DNA of 64,000 bases from Gammaproteobacteria bacterium (GTDB lineage Bacteria > Pseudomonadota > Gammaproteobacteria > SURF-13): NCBI GenBank assembly GCA_038924245.1, contig JBCKVB010000002.1, forward strand, positions 531 through 64,530, in the 5' to 3' direction. Shown here in pieces: positions 1 to 10,840 of this stretch. The stretch's first letter is position 1, and every line of letters starts with the position of its first letter. The translations under genes were made by a program, and so were the position numbers. The notes under the pieces are model-generated. The model was not told the DNA's origin, searched no databases, and was given only the letters and a program-made list of their open reading frames with translations.

Positions 1-218
1 CTGTTCCATAAAATGGCGCGGGCAGCCTGACGCGTAACCCGCCAAGAGCGGGCGGCTATTGCCGAAAGGCGGCAGGTAAGCGAAAATACTCGCTTTGACC
101 AAGCTGACTTAAAGAAAGCAGCGCAAGCAGCGCGCGGGGCGTTTTCAGGGCCTCCTTAAGGGTCATTGCGGGAGTGAGTCGGCCTCCACGATTTTTATTT
201 TTGTTTAAGGGCAGTGAA

Positions 219-1142
219 ATGAAAAAACCGATCGTACTGGGCATCGTCGGCGACTCCGCCGCGGGCAAGACCACTATTACCAAAGGCATCGCACAGGTGC
301 TGGGCGAAGAGCGCGTCACCACCATCTGCACCGACGACTACCACAAATATAACCGCAAGGACCGCGCGCGCCTGGGGATAACCGCGTTGCATCCGGACTG
401 CAATTATCTCGACATCATCGAGCAGCATCTGCACCTGCTCAAGAACGGCCAGCCCATCCTCAAGCCGCACTACAATCACTCCACCGGCGACTTCGATCCG
501 CCCAACTACGTCGAGGCCAGGGAGTTCATCATCGTCGAGGGGCTGCTGGGTTATTCCAGCAAGGCGATGCGCGATTGCTACGATGTGAAACTGTTTCTCG
601 CCCCGCCGGAAGAGCTGCGCTTCCAGTGGAAGATGAAGCGCGACACCATCAAGCGCGGCCACACCGCGGAGGACGTGCGCAAGGAGATGAAGGCGCGCGA
701 GCCTGACTCCGAGGCCTTCATCCGCCCGCAGCGCAAGTGGGCGGACATGGTGATCTCATTTTATCCGCCACCCGATCACAAGGAAGAGACCGGCGGCCAC
801 CTGAACGCCTCCATCCTGCTGCGCCCCACGCTGCCCACGCATCCCGATTTGTCCAAGGTGCTGGAAGAAGGCGGCAACGGCATCCGCCTGGCGCTGGATC
901 GCGACATGGAACTGCCCGTGGATCGCCTGGAAATCTCCGGCGCGATCTTGGATAAAAAGGCCAAGCAGTTGGAGGACTTGCTGTGGAGCTACATCCCCGG
1001 CGAGCATCACCACCTGCGTAACGATGGCATCGGCACGATTACCGGCACCACCGGAGAAACGCTGAGGTCCCACCCGCTCGCGCTTACGCAGCTGCTCATC
1101 GCCTATCATCTGCTGACTGCCGCCTCCGACGTCGTTAAGTAA
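219..1142 (+). CDS. Phosphoribulokinase/uridine-kinase family protein (class II, cyanobacterial/plant-like PRK type)
   Basis: Track ORF 174..1142; the ATG at 219 gives an MKKPIVLGIVGDSAAGKTT P-loop start. The DDYH, NHSTGDFDPP and IIVEGLL motifs resemble (from memory) class II PRK rather than proteobacterial CbbP. Lies directly upstream of tkt-gap-pgk-pyk-fba. Confidence 0.7.
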   Translation: MKKPIVLGIVGDSAAGKTTITKGIAQVLGEERVTTICTDDYHKYNRKDRARLGITALHPDCNYLDIIEQHLHLLKNGQPILKPHYNHSTGDFDPPNYVEAREFIIVEGLLGYSSKAMRDCYDVKLFLAPPEELRFQWKMKRDTIKRGHTAEDVRKEMKAREPDSEAFIRPQRKWADMVISFYPPPDHKEETGGHLNASILLRPTLPTHPDLSKVLEEGGNGIRLALDRDMELPVDRLEISGAILDKKAKQLEDLLWSYIPGEHHHLRNDGIGTITGTTGETLRSHPLALTQLLIAYHLLTAASDVVK

Positions 1143-1214
1143 AATACCGGGTGGCGCGGAGCTATCCCGCCGCATCCGGCAACGGTTTTCGTCTTTGAAA
1201 TTTAGGAGAAACAC

Positions 1215-3209
1215 ATGTCTTCCCGTAGAGAATTAGCCAACGCCATCCGCGTGCTCAGCATGGACGCGGTGGAGAAGGCCAAGTCCGGCCACCCCGGCAT
1301 GCCCATGGGCATGGCCGACATCGCCGAAGTGTTGTGGAATGATTTCCTGAAACACAACCCGGACCATCCCAAGTGGGCCGACCGCGACCGCTTTATTCTC
1401 TCCAACGGCCACGGCTCCATGCTGCATTACACGCTGCTGCACCTGTCCGGCTATGACCTGCCCATGGACGAGATTAAGCGCTTCCGCCAACTCCATTCCA
1501 AAACGCCCGGCCATCCCGAATACGGTTACACGCCGGGCGTCGAGACCACCACCGGCCCGCTGGGGCAGGGGCTCACCAATGCGGTCGGCATGGCGCTGGC
1601 GGAAAAGCTGCTCGCCGGCCAGTTCAACCGGGACGGCCATCACATCGTGGATCACTACACCTACGTGTTTCTGGGCGACGGCTGTTTGATGGAAGGCATC
1701 TCGCACGAGGCCTGCTCGCTCGCGGGCACACTCGGCCTCGGCAAGCTCATCGCGTTCTATGATGACAACGGCATCTCCATAGACGGCCACGTGGAAGGCT
1801 GGTTCACCGACGACACCCCGAAGCGCTTCGAGGCCTACGGCTGGCACGTGGTGCCGGGTGTGGACGGCCACAACGCCGACGCGGTGAAGAAGGCGATTCT
1901 CGAAGCACGCTCCGTGAACGACAAACCGTCGCTCATCTGCTGCAAGACCGTGATCGGTTTCGGCGCGCCGAATCTGTGCGGCAGTCACGACTGCCACGGT
2001 GCCGCTCTGGGTGAAAAAGAGATTGCCGCCACGCGTGAGAACCTGGGCTGGAAGCACGAGCCGTTTGTCATTCCTGACGAGTACTATAAAGGCTTCGATG
2101 CGCGCCCCAAAGGCGCCAAGGCGGAGGCGGATTGGAACCAGCGCTTCGCCGCGTACCAAAAGGCTTACCCGGAGCTGGCCGCGGAGCTGGAGCGCCGGCT
2201 CAAGGGCGAACTGCCCCAGGACTGGGCGCAAAAGGCGGATGAGTTTATCAAGGCGGTGGACGCCAAGGCCGAGACCATCGCCACGCGCAAGGCTTCGCAA
2301 AACACACTGAACGGCTTTGGCCCGCTGTTACCCGAACTACTCGGCGGCTCGGCGGATTTGGCCGGTTCGAATCTTACTATCTGGAAGGGATCCAAAGGTG
2401 TCAGCAATACCGTCTCCGACGGTAACTACATTTACTACGGCGTGCGCGAATTCGGCATGTCGGCGATCATGAACGGCATCGCGCTGCACGGTGGATTCAT
2501 CCCCTACGGCGCGACGTTCCTCACGTTCTCCGAGTACGCACGCAACGCGCTGCGCATGGCGGCGCTGATGAAGCAGCGCGTGCTGTTCGTTTACACCCAC
2601 GACTCCATTGGCATGGGCGAAGACGGCCCCACGCACCAGCCGGTGGAGCAGACCGCGACCCTGCGCCTGATGCCCAACATGCAGGTGTGGCGTCCGTGCG
2701 ACGCGGTGGAGTCCGCCGTGGCGTGGAAGTGCGCCCTCGAGCGCAAGGACGGACCTTCCAGCCTGATCTTCTCGCGCCAGAATCTGCCGCATCAGAAGCG
2801 CGACGAGCAACAGATCGCCGCCATCGCGCGCGGTGGTTATGTGCTGTTTGAGGCCGAGTATCCGGTACAGGCGATCATCATTGCCACCGGCTCTGAAATC
2901 GCGCTCGCCACCGCCGCCGCTCGCGAATTGAATGACCGCGGCTTCGGTATTCGCGTCGTGTCCATGCCGTGTACGCAGTTGTTCGACGCGCAGGATGAAG
3001 CCTACCGCGAATCGGTGCTGCCCAAGGTGATCAAGGAGCGCGTGGTGGTCGAGGCGGGCGTGACCGACGGCTGGGCCAAATATGTCGGGTTCGAGGGCAA
3101 GGTGATCGGCATCAACCGCTTCGGCGAGTCCGCCCCGGGGGGTGAGTTGTTCAAGCACTTCGGTTTCACCACGGAGAAAGTGATAGAGGCGGTGACGGAT
3201 TTACTATAA
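1215..3209 (+). CDS. tkt: Transketolase
   Basis: 664 aa, full-length transketolase-like. N-terminal ...[18 protein letters not shown] thiamine-PP motif; AGGAGA RBS 5 nt before the ATG. Confidence 0.95.
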   Translation: MSSRRELANAIRVLSMDAVEKAKSGHPGMPMGMADIAEVLWNDFLKHNPDHPKWADRDRFILSNGHGSMLHYTLLHLSGYDLPMDEIKRFRQLHSKTPGHPEYGYTPGVETTTGPLGQGLTNAVGMALAEKLLAGQFNRDGHHIVDHYTYVFLGDGCLMEGISHEACSLAGTLGLGKLIAFYDDNGISIDGHVEGWFTDDTPKRFEAYGWHVVPGVDGHNADAVKKAILEARSVNDKPSLICCKTVIGFGAPNLCGSHDCHGAALGEKEIAATRENLGWKHEPFVIPDEYYKGFDARPKGAKAEADWNQRFAAYQKAYPELAAELERRLKGELPQDWAQKADEFIKAVDAKAETIATRKASQNTLNGFGPLLPELLGGSADLAGSNLTIWKGSKGVSNTVSDGNYIYYGVREFGMSAIMNGIALHGGFIPYGATFLTFSEYARNALRMAALMKQRVLFVYTHDSIGMGEDGPTHQPVEQTATLRLMPNMQVWRPCDAVESAVAWKCALERKDGPSSLIFSRQNLPHQKRDEQQIAAIARGGYVLFEAEYPVQAIIIATGSEIALATAAARELNDRGFGIRVVSMPCTQLFDAQDEAYRESVLPKVIKERVVVEAGVTDGWAKYVGFEGKVIGINRFGESAPGGELFKHFGFTTEKVIEAVTDLL

Positions 3210-3212
3210 CTA

Positions 3213-3302
3213 CAGATACAAGAGAAACAGATACAAGAGAAAAGATAAAAGAGAAAAGTAAATGTAAATTTTACTGAATTTTGCTCTTGTATCTTTTCTC
3301 TG
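3213..3302. repeat. AT-rich tandem 15-mers plus inverted arm (long hairpin) in the tkt-gap spacer
   Basis: CAGATACAAGAGAAA at 3213-3227 and 3228-3242, with a degenerate third unit at 3243-3257. 3284-3301 is the reverse complement of 3236-3253 (17 of 18 bases pair). Confidence 0.85.
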
Positions 3303-3353
3303 CTTTAAGCAGGGATTTGCACGCAATTTTTTAGCAATCTTTTGGAGAGTATT

Positions 3354-4364
3354 ATGGCAATTAAAGTGGCAATCAACGGCTATGGCCGCATTGGACGCAA
3401 CGTGTTGCGCGCGGTGTATGAAGGCAAGCGTAATAAAGACATCCAGATCGTGGCGATAAACGATCTCGGCAACGCCGAGACCAACGCCTACCTTACGCAG
3501 TACGACACGGTGCATGGGAAGTTCCCCGGCACGGTGAGCGTGGAAGGCGATTTCATGATCGTGAACGGCGACAAGATTCGTGTCTGCTCCGAGCGCGATC
3601 CGTCGAAGCTGCCGTGGGGCGAGCTGGGCGTGGACGTGGTGCATGAGTGCACCGGCATCTTCACTACCAAGGACAAGGCCGGCCTGCACCTCAAGGCGGG
3701 CGCGAAGAAGGTCATCATCTCCGCGCCGTGCACCGATGTGGACGCGACCATCGTGTACGGCGTGAACCACAAAGTCCTGAAGAGCAGTGACACGGTGATT
3801 TCCAACGGCTCCTGCACCACCAACTGCCTGGCACCGCTCATTGCACCGCTGCATGAAAAGATCGGCATCGTGCACGGCCTGATGACCACGATACACAGCT
3901 ATACCAACGACCAGGTGCTGACCGACGTGTATCACAGCGATCTGCGCCGCGCGCGCTCGGCGACCATGTCGCAGATTCCAACCAAGACCGGCGCCGCCGC
4001 CGCTATCGGCCTGGTGTTGCCGGAACTCGCCGGCAAGCTCGACGGCTTTGCGGTGCGTGTGCCGACCATCAATGTGTCGCTCGTGGATTTGACCTTTGTC
4101 GCCGCACGCGAAACCAGCGTGAGCGAGATCAACGCCATCATGAAAGAGGCGGCCAACGGCGAGTTGAAAGGCGTGTTAAACTACAACGACAAGCCGCTGG
4201 TGTCGGTGGACTTCAACCACGACCCGGCCTCCAGCACCTATGATGCGACGCTGACCAAGGTCGTTGACGGCAAGCTGGTCAAGGTGCTCGCCTGGTACGA
4301 CAACGAGTGGGGTTTCTCCAACCGCATGTTGGACACCACCGTCGCGTTGATGAATGCTAAATAA
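3354..4364 (+). CDS. gap: Glyceraldehyde-3-phosphate dehydrogenase
   Basis: [16 protein letters not shown] Rossmann N-terminus and SCTTNC active site. GGAGAG RBS precedes the ATG at 3354 (track ORF starts at 3342). Confidence 0.95.
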   Translation: MAIKVAINGYGRIGRNVLRAVYEGKRNKDIQIVAINDLGNAETNAYLTQYDTVHGKFPGTVSVEGDFMIVNGDKIRVCSERDPSKLPWGELGVDVVHECTGIFTTKDKAGLHLKAGAKKVIISAPCTDVDATIVYGVNHKVLKSSDTVISNGSCTTNCLAPLIAPLHEKIGIVHGLMTTIHSYTNDQVLTDVYHSDLRRARSATMSQIPTKTGAAAAIGLVLPELAGKLDGFAVRVPTINVSLVDLTFVAARETSVSEINAIMKEAANGELKGVLNYNDKPLVSVDFNHDPASSTYDATLTKVVDGKLVKVLAWYDNEWGFSNRMLDTTVALMNAK

Positions 4365-4366
4365 AA

Positions 4367-4436
4367 TGTAGGTCGGTTCAAGCGCGTAGCGCGGAACCGA
4401 CTTATGTCTGATCCGCTACGCTTGATCCGACCTACC
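4367..4436. repeat. REP/BIME-like pair (GTAGGTCGG heads in inverted orientation)
   Basis: TGTAGGTCGGTTCAAGCGCGTAGCGCGGAACCGAC ... GATCCGCTACGCTTGATCCGACCTAC. Each half is an imperfect palindrome; related copies lie at 8443-8472 and 26576-26623. Confidence 0.75.
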
Positions 4437-4453
4437 TATAAAAAGAGCCAACC

Positions 4454-5665
4454 ATGTCAATCATCAAACTGGAAGAACTGGGAAATTTAACCGGCATGCG
4501 CGTGTTGATCCGCTGCGATCTCAACGTGCCCATGAAGAACGGCGAGATCACCGACGAGACGCGCATCTACGCCTCGGTGCCGACCATCGAGTACGCGAGG
4601 ATGGTGGGCGCGAAGGTGATGGTGATGTCGCACCTGGGCAGGCCGGAAGAAGGCGTGTACGATGAAAAGTTTTCGCTTGCGCCGATTGCCGAGAAACTCT
4701 CCGAGCATCTCGGTAAAAAGGTGCGCCTGGTGAAGGACTGGCTGAACGGCGTGGAGGTCGAGAACGGCGAGGTGGTGCTGTTGGAAAACGTGCGCTTCAA
4801 CAAGGGCGAAGAGGCCAACGACGATGCGCTGGCGAAAAAGATGGCCGCGTTGTGCGACGTGTTCATCATGGACGCCTTCGGCACCGCGCACCGCGCTCAG
4901 GCTTCCACGCACGGTGTGGCCAAATACGCGCCGGTCGCCTGCGCCGGACCGCTGCTGTGGAAGGAACTCAAGGTCCTGCACACGGCGTTTAAAGCCCCGG
5001 CGCGTCCCATGGTGGCGATAGTCGGCGGCTCCAAGGTGTCGTCCAAGCTCGCCGTGCTGGAGACCCTGTCCGAGGTCGTGGATCAATTGATCGTGGGCGG
5101 CGGCATCGCCAACACCTTTATCGCCGCGGCGGGTTACAACGTGGGCAAGTCGCTGCACGAGCCGGACTTGATCCCGGTCGCCAGGCGCTTGTCGGAAAAG
5201 GCCAAGGCGCGCGGCGCGGAGATACCCGTGCCGGTGGACGTGGTGTGCGCCAAGGAATTTTCCGAAACCGCCAAGGGTACGTTGAAGGACGTGGACCAGG
5301 TCGCTGACGATGACATGATACTGGACATCGGCCCGAAGACCGCCGCGCGTTTGGTGGACATGCTGAAAAATGCCAGGACCATCGTATGGAACGGCCCGGT
5401 GGGCGTGTTTGAATTCGACGAGTTCAACGCCGGCACCGAAACCTTGGCGCGCGCCATTGCCGCCAGCCCCGCGTTCTCGCTCGCGGGCGGCGGCGACACG
5501 CTCGCGGCCATCGCCAAATACGACATTGAACACATGATTACCTATATCTCCACCGGCGGCGGTGCGTTTCTGGAATTCATGGAAGGCAAAACCTTGCCCG
5601 CGGTGGAGATTCTGGAACAGCGCGGAAAAGAGACGGCAGCAAGTGGTAAGTCTAAGTCATCGTAG
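4454..5665 (+). CDS. pgk: Phosphoglycerate kinase
   Basis: 403 aa. [12 protein letters not shown]-terminal motif and C-terminal GGGDT / STGGGA motifs. Confidence 0.95.
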   Translation: MSIIKLEELGNLTGMRVLIRCDLNVPMKNGEITDETRIYASVPTIEYARMVGAKVMVMSHLGRPEEGVYDEKFSLAPIAEKLSEHLGKKVRLVKDWLNGVEVENGEVVLLENVRFNKGEEANDDALAKKMAALCDVFIMDAFGTAHRAQASTHGVAKYAPVACAGPLLWKELKVLHTAFKAPARPMVAIVGGSKVSSKLAVLETLSEVVDQLIVGGGIANTFIAAAGYNVGKSLHEPDLIPVARRLSEKAKARGAEIPVPVDVVCAKEFSETAKGTLKDVDQVADDDMILDIGPKTAARLVDMLKNARTIVWNGPVGVFEFDEFNAGTETLARAIAASPAFSLAGGGDTLAAIAKYDIEHMITYISTGGGAFLEFMEGKTLPAVEILEQRGKETAASGKSKSS

Positions 5666-5722
5666 GTCACGTTGCGCAGCAACGTGACAGAATGTCAGGT
5701 AGCTGACGTAGCCTGACCTGCT
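5662..5722. repeat. REP pair (GTAGGTCAC / GTCAGG hairpins) overlapping the pgk stop codon
   Basis: GTAGGTCACGTTGCGCAGCAACGTGAC has a perfect 10-bp stem, followed by GTCAGGTAGCTGACGTAGCCTGAC. The pgk TAG (5663-5665) is the TAG of the GTAG head. Confidence 0.75.
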
Positions 5723-5726
5723 AATT

Positions 5727-7166
5727 ATGCTAAGACGCACTAAAATCGTCGCCACTATCGGCCCCGCCACCGATGATCCGAAGGTGCTGGATCGGATGAT
5801 CGAGGCGGGCGTGGACGTGGTGCGCGTCAATTTCTCCCACGGTGAGCCCGAACAGCAGCGCCTGCGCGCCGAGACGGTGCTGAACCGCGCGCGCGCCTAC
5901 GGCAGACAGATCGGTGTGCTGGCCGATTTGCAAGGCCCGAAAATCCGCATTGAGCGTTTCAAGCAAGGCAAGATCACCCTGCGGGAGGGAGACAAGTTCA
6001 CCCTTGATGCGCGCTGCAAGCAGGATGAGGGGACGCAAGAGCGCGTCGGCATCGTCTACAAAGAGCTGGTGCAGGATGTTCGCCGCGGCGATAACCTGCT
6101 GCTCGATGACGGACGCATCGTGCTGTGGGTGGAGCAGGTAGAGGACCATGAGATACGCTGCCGGGTGGTGGTGGGCGGGGGGCTATCGAATAACAAGGGC
6201 ATCAACCGTCAGGGCGGAGGCTTGAGCGCGCCCACGCTCACCGACAAGGATCGCGCCGACATCAAGACCGCGGCGGCGATGCAGGCCGATTACCTGGCGG
6301 TATCTTTTCCACGCACCGCCGAAGACATCCACGAAGCGCGCCGCCTGTTTCAAGCCGCGGGCGGCACCGGCGGCATCGTGGCCAAGATCGAGCGCGCCGA
6401 GGCGCTGAACTGTCTCGAGGAGATCATCGAGGCGAGCGACGTGGTGATGATCGCGCGCGGTGATCTGGGCGTGGAGATCGGCGACGCCGCGCTGCCGCCG
6501 GTGCAGAAGCGCATCATCCAGCTCGCGCGCACCCTGAATCGCGTGGTGATTACCGCCACGCAGATGATGGAGAGCATGATCGAAAGCCCCATCCCGACGC
6601 GCGCCGAGGTGTTCGACGTGGCGAACGCGGTGCTGGACGGCACCGACGCGGTGATGCTCTCGGCCGAGACCGCGACCGGCAAATATCCCGACAAGGCGGT
6701 GGCGGCGATGGATCGCATCTGCCGCGAGGCGGAGAAGCAGCGCGTGACGTGCGTCTCCGATCACCGCATTGATACCGAATTCAAGCGCATAGACGAGGCC
6801 ATCGCCATGGCCACCATGTACACCGCCAACCACCTGGGCGCGAAGGCGATCATCGCGCTCACCGAATCCGGCTCCACACCGCTGTGGATGTCGCGCATCA
6901 GTTCCGGCATCCCCATCTTCGCCCTCACCAAGCACGCCGAGACGCGGCGCAAGGTGACGATCTACCGCGGCGTGTATCCGGTGAGCTTCGACATCCCCAG
7001 CACCAATCACGCCGAGGTCAATAAAGAAGCGGTGGATGAGCTGGTGCGCAGGGGCGTGGTGCGCGAGGGCGATCTGCTTATCATCACCAAGGGCGATCTC
7101 ATGGGCATGCACGGCGGCACCAACGCCATGAAGATCGTGCGCGTGGGGGATATGGTCGCGCCATAA
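5727..7166 (+). CDS. pyk: Pyruvate kinase
   Basis: 479 aa. RRTKIVATIGPA N-terminus and MIARGDLGVEI motif. Confidence 0.93.
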   Translation: MLRRTKIVATIGPATDDPKVLDRMIEAGVDVVRVNFSHGEPEQQRLRAETVLNRARAYGRQIGVLADLQGPKIRIERFKQGKITLREGDKFTLDARCKQDEGTQERVGIVYKELVQDVRRGDNLLLDDGRIVLWVEQVEDHEIRCRVVVGGGLSNNKGINRQGGGLSAPTLTDKDRADIKTAAAMQADYLAVSFPRTAEDIHEARRLFQAAGGTGGIVAKIERAEALNCLEEIIEASDVVMIARGDLGVEIGDAALPPVQKRIIQLARTLNRVVITATQMMESMIESPIPTRAEVFDVANAVLDGTDAVMLSAETATGKYPDKAVAAMDRICREAEKQRVTCVSDHRIDTEFKRIDEAIAMATMYTANHLGAKAIIALTESGSTPLWMSRISSGIPIFALTKHAETRRKVTIYRGVYPVSFDIPSTNHAEVNKEAVDELVRRGVVREGDLLIITKGDLMGMHGGTNAMKIVRVGDMVAP

Positions 7167-7257
7167 AATACCGTATCCGGCGCACTACCTAAACGGTGTG
7201 TGACGCTATACAATAACCTGACTCAGAAATCCACACAGCCTTAAAAGGAGTTCCACA

Positions 7258-8355
7258 ATGCCCTTTATTTCCATGCGCCAATTACTCGATCACGCCGCCG
7301 AACACGGCTACTGTGTGCCCGCCTACAACGTCAACAACATGGAGCAGATGCACTCCATCATGCAGGCCGCCGATGCGGTCAATGCGCCGGTCATCATGCA
7401 GGCCTCCGCCGGCGCGCGCTCCTATGCGGGCGAACCGTTCCTGCGCCATTTGATGTGGGCGGCGGTCGAGATGTATCCGCACATCCCCATCGTCATGCAC
7501 CAGGATCACGGCGCGTCGCCCGAGGTGTGCATACGCTCCATCCAGAGCGGCTTCACCTCGGTGATGATGGACGGCTCGCTCAAGGAAGACATGAAGACGC
7601 CGGCGTCTTACGAATACAACGCCGAAGTCACGCGCAAGGTAGTCGAAATCGCGCACGCCTGCGGCGTGTCGGTGGAAGGCGAGCTCGGCTGCCTGGGTTC
7701 GCTGGAGAGCGGCAAGATGGGCGAGGAAGACGGTCATGGCTCCGATGAGACGCTCGATCACTCCCAGTTGCTCACCGACCCGGAAGAGGCCGCGCAGTTC
7801 GTCGCCGACACCAAGGTGGACAGCCTCGCCATCGCCATCGGCACCAGCCACGGCGCGTACAAATTCACCCGTCCACCGACTGGCGATATCCTCGACATCC
7901 AGCGCATCAAGGAAATTCACGCGCGCATCCCCGACACGCATCTGGTGATGCACGGCTCGTCTTCGGTGCCGCAGGAGTGGCTGGAGATCATCAACAAATA
8001 CGGCGGCGACATCCGCGAGACCTACGGCGTGCCGGTGAAGGAAATCCAGGAAGGCATCAAGCACGGCGTGCGCAAGGTCAACATCGACACCGACTTGCGC
8101 CTCGCCGCCACCGGCGCCATGCGCAAGGCGATGGCGGAAGACCCGTCCGAGTTCGACCCGCGCAAATTCTTCAAGGCCGCCACCAAGGCGATGATGGAAA
8201 TCTGCAAGGCGCGCTTTGAAGCGTTCGGTTGCGCCGGTCAGGCCGCCAAGATCAAACCCGTCAACCTGGAAATCATGACCAAGCGCTACGCCAAGGGCGA
8301 GCTCGACCCGCGCGTTACCGCGAGCAAAGCCAAGGCAGCGGCGGGCAAGCGCTGA
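7258..8355 (+). CDS. fba: Fructose-bisphosphate aldolase, class II (long, Calvin-cycle type)
   Basis: 365 aa. PAYNVNN, HQDHG and GTSHGAYKF motifs; last gene of the tkt-gap-pgk-pyk-fba block. Confidence 0.93.
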   Translation: MPFISMRQLLDHAAEHGYCVPAYNVNNMEQMHSIMQAADAVNAPVIMQASAGARSYAGEPFLRHLMWAAVEMYPHIPIVMHQDHGASPEVCIRSIQSGFTSVMMDGSLKEDMKTPASYEYNAEVTRKVVEIAHACGVSVEGELGCLGSLESGKMGEEDGHGSDETLDHSQLLTDPEEAAQFVADTKVDSLAIAIGTSHGAYKFTRPPTGDILDIQRIKEIHARIPDTHLVMHGSSSVPQEWLEIINKYGGDIRETYGVPVKEIQEGIKHGVRKVNIDTDLRLAATGAMRKAMAEDPSEFDPRKFFKAATKAMMEICKARFEAFGCAGQAAKIKPVNLEIMTKRYAKGELDPRVTASKAKAAAGKR

Positions 8356-8377
8356 TACTTAACAAGATGGTTGGAAC

Positions 8378-8415
8378 AAAAAACCCCGTGCAGCAAGCTG
8401 CACGGGGTTTTTTGT
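8378..8415 (+). terminator. Rho-independent (bidirectional) terminator after fba
   Basis: AAAAAACCCCGTGCAG-CAA-GCTGCACGGGGTTTTTTGTT: a GC-rich 10-11 bp stem flanked by an A-run and a T-run, between the convergent fba and VKOR genes. Confidence 0.85.
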
Positions 8416-8442
8416 TACGGCTGAGTTACGGTTTTTTGGGTA

Positions 8443-8590
8443 TCGGATCCGCTACGCTTGATCCGACCTACATTATTACGAGAAAAGAACCCCCTGAACT
8501 CCCTGTGGTTTGCAAATAATTAGCAAGCGTAGCGTGCGCTGTGCGCACGAAACACCACGCCATGAAATGGCGTGCACAGCGCATTCCACG
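8443..8590. repeat. REP elements of two families
   Basis: 8443-8472 TCGGATCCGCTACGCTTGATCCGACCTACA. 8529-8590 GTAGCGTGCGC-TGT-GCGCACG followed by CACGCCAT-GAA-ATGGCGTG. The second family recurs at 45124-45184. Confidence 0.7.
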
Positions 8591-8591
8591 T

Positions 8592-9902
8592 TTACTGTTT
8601 TGGCGGCGGTGGCAATATGCCGAAGGCCGGGTCGTTGCTATCGCCTTGGGCGAGAATCATGCTGTAGATGAAGGCGGGTACGGCGGTGCCTTTGCGGCCG
8701 TTCACGACGACCAGGGGTGTGCCTTCGATGCCATGTTTTTCGGCGAGCTCGATGTCCTCACGCAGTACATTCCCGGTTTCGGGAGAGTTGACGCACGCCT
8801 CAAGCGACTTACGCTTGGCCGTGTCACCACCCGCGGCGATTTGCCAGATGCGCTCCAGGCTAAGGCGGCCTTGTTCGGCGAACATGGCGCCGCGCACGTG
8901 CGCGAATTCCGGCGTACCGTGCAAGCAAATCTGCACCTTGGCGCCGAGGCAACTGATGCCGCCGCCGTCATGCCGCGCGTGCGGATTACATTGCGTGTCG
9001 AGCGGGTAGTGGCGCGACTCTTTCGTCCACGAACCGGCGGGGGTGATGCGCCGTATCTCTTGCAGCGCTTGTTCCATGTTTTTGCAGTGCGAGCAGCGGA
9101 TGTCGGACCACTCGATGAGGTGTACCGGCGCAAGCGCCGGGCCGAAGCTCACGCGTTTTGGATCCGGCATGCCGGGCAGGGACTTGGACTTGCGGTAGAT
9201 ATTGAGTGACGCGCTGGTCGCCTCTTGCACGCCTGGCGGCAGCGAGGTGAGGAATTCTTCCAGCGGCGGCCTTTGCACCACCGGCACCACGGCGCCTGTT
9301 TCTTGCGCCAAAGTGGAGAGCGGCGCCGTGGTCAGGTCTTTGACCGGCGTGCGCAGGCCGGGATAAATGAGCGCCGCCAGGGTGACCACGAGCACGCCAC
9401 CCGTGAGCAGCATGGGCTGTCCCCAGCTTGTGCTTTCGGGTTTCAATTTGAAGAAGGCGAGATAAGCCGAACCCCATACCAAAACATAAAACACGATACA
9501 GGTGGGGCAGAAGACCTTGATCGCCGCGCTGTAACCGAGCAACAGCAGGGCGATGAGCGCGCCCGCGCCGGTGACCAGGCGTAGCGCCTGAATGGTATCC
9601 GCGCCGGGCTGTGAGCGGCGCGCGCGCTGCCAGAGCAGTCCGGATAAAAGCAGCGTGACCACGCTCCAGGCCACGCCCCAGCCCGCAACGGGAATGCCGG
9701 TGTAGCGATGCACGTTCTCGCTCAGCGCCGAGTTCCATACTCCGGCGCAGTTGAACGTGGCGCTGAGGGTGCACAGCGGCGCGCTCCCGCCGCCGCGCAT
9801 GACGACGAGCTCTATCCACTGATAAAGCGTCACGGCGAGCGCGGCCAGGCTGAGTACGATCAGCGCGATGGCGTAGCGTTTAACGGAGGAAGGATTCGTC
9901 AT
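8592..9902 (-). CDS. VKOR (vitamin K epoxide reductase family) fused to a DsbA/thioredoxin-like domain
   Basis: 436 aa. N-terminal multi-TM domain with a loop Cys pair (LCTLSATFNC) and a CPTC motif; C-terminal Trx-like domain with RCSHC. Confidence 0.75.
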   Translation of the reverse strand: MTNPSSVKRYAIALIVLSLAALAVTLYQWIELVVMRGGGSAPLCTLSATFNCAGVWNSALSENVHRYTGIPVAGWGVAWSVVTLLLSGLLWQRARRSQPGADTIQALRLVTGAGALIALLLLGYSAAIKVFCPTCIVFYVLVWGSAYLAFFKLKPESTSWGQPMLLTGGVLVVTLAALIYPGLRTPVKDLTTAPLSTLAQETGAVVPVVQRPPLEEFLTSLPPGVQEATSASLNIYRKSKSLPGMPDPKRVSFGPALAPVHLIEWSDIRCSHCKNMEQALQEIRRITPAGSWTKESRHYPLDTQCNPHARHDGGGISCLGAKVQICLHGTPEFAHVRGAMFAEQGRLSLERIWQIAAGGDTAKRKSLEACVNSPETGNVLREDIELAEKHGIEGTPLVVVNGRKGTAVPAFIYSMILAQGDSNDPAFGILPPPPKQ

Positions 9903-10016
9903 CGCTCAAGGAGTCAAACACATATTTAAACCAACACTCTAGCAGAGTCTTATAATGAGGTACAAGGGCCGTCATGTTAACGGAATGGCCAGGATGCGGA
10001 AAGGGAGCGGAAGCTG

Positions 10017-10412
10017 ATGGCGGGTACGGTGCTGGTCGCGTTGCTGACGTACATGCTGATGCTGTGGGCGTTTTTGCACCCCAAGCGGCGCGCGGTGCAT
10101 GTGCCGGTGATGGTTTCGGTGATGCTGTTTGACCTCGCCATGCCGGTCTATCTGTATCTTACCAAGGACTGGTACCGGCGCTTGATTGAGGAGGGCGAGC
10201 TCACCTCGTTTTTGCTATGGACGCATTTTTTGCTGCTGACCATGCTGTACACCCTGTATATCATGCAGATTAAAACCGCGTTGCGCCTGCTGCGCCGGGA
10301 TGACAGCGCGCGCGCCGAGCACCGCGCGCAAGGCCAGGCGGTGCTGCTGGTGCGCGCCTTTGTAATATTCACCGGTGCGCTGCTGGTGGAAGTGCCGCCC
10401 CCGCCCCTTTGA
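10017..10412 (+). CDS. Hypothetical small membrane protein
   Basis: 131-aa ORF with several hydrophobic segments; no family recognised. Confidence 0.4.
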   Translation: MAGTVLVALLTYMLMLWAFLHPKRRAVHVPVMVSVMLFDLAMPVYLYLTKDWYRRLIEEGELTSFLLWTHFLLLTMLYTLYIMQIKTALRLLRRDDSARAEHRAQGQAVLLVRAFVIFTGALLVEVPPPPL

Positions 10413-10534
10413 GAACTGGCTAAACGGACGGGTTGGAATTATAATGAACGAAAACCCCGGCTGCGCACCGCGCGCTCGCGGTTTCTTTCAAGATGTCTAC
10501 CGTTATGCTCGCACAGTGTGCGATGCGATCAGGC

Positions 10535-10566
10535 TTGACAAAGAATTAGACTTATACTTAGTCTAA
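10535..10566 (+). promoter_or_regulatory. Candidate promoter/operator upstream of the rubrerythrin remnant
   Basis: TTGACA at 10535-10540. Perfect 7-bp inverted repeat TTAGACT-N7-AGTCTAA at 10546-10566. The spacing to any -10 hexamer is not canonical. Confidence 0.2.
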
Positions 10567-10630
10567 GTTTAAACAACCACCACCGTCGAGGCGGTTTCGT
10601 CTATCCCCTAGCCCAATGTGAGGATGTGCT

Positions 10631-10840
10631 ATGCAACTCAAAGGCAGCAAAACCCATGAAAATCTGAAGTACGCCTTCGCGGGCGAATCCCAGGCCAACC
10701 GCCGTTATCTGTACTTCGCCGCCAAGGCCGACGTGGAAGGCTACAACGACGTGTCCGCCGTGTTCCGCTCCACCGCGGAAGGCGAGACCGGCCACGCGCA
10801 CGGCCACCTGGAGTACATGGAGGCCTGCGGCGATCCGGCC
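10631..10840 (+). pseudogene. Rubrerythrin, N-terminal ~70-codon fragment
   Basis: [29 protein letters not shown]...[21 protein letters not shown] is a typical rubrerythrin ferritin-like N-half with GAGGA RBS. Family similarity stops at about 10840 and the frame runs into nonsense. Confidence 0.75.

Noticed and set aside
3213-3257. The tandem repeats at 3213-3257 and 36303-36374, or the dispersed palindromes, could be a CRISPR array.
   Set aside because: There are only 2-3 contiguous units without spacers, no regular repeat-spacer periodicity, and no cas genes.
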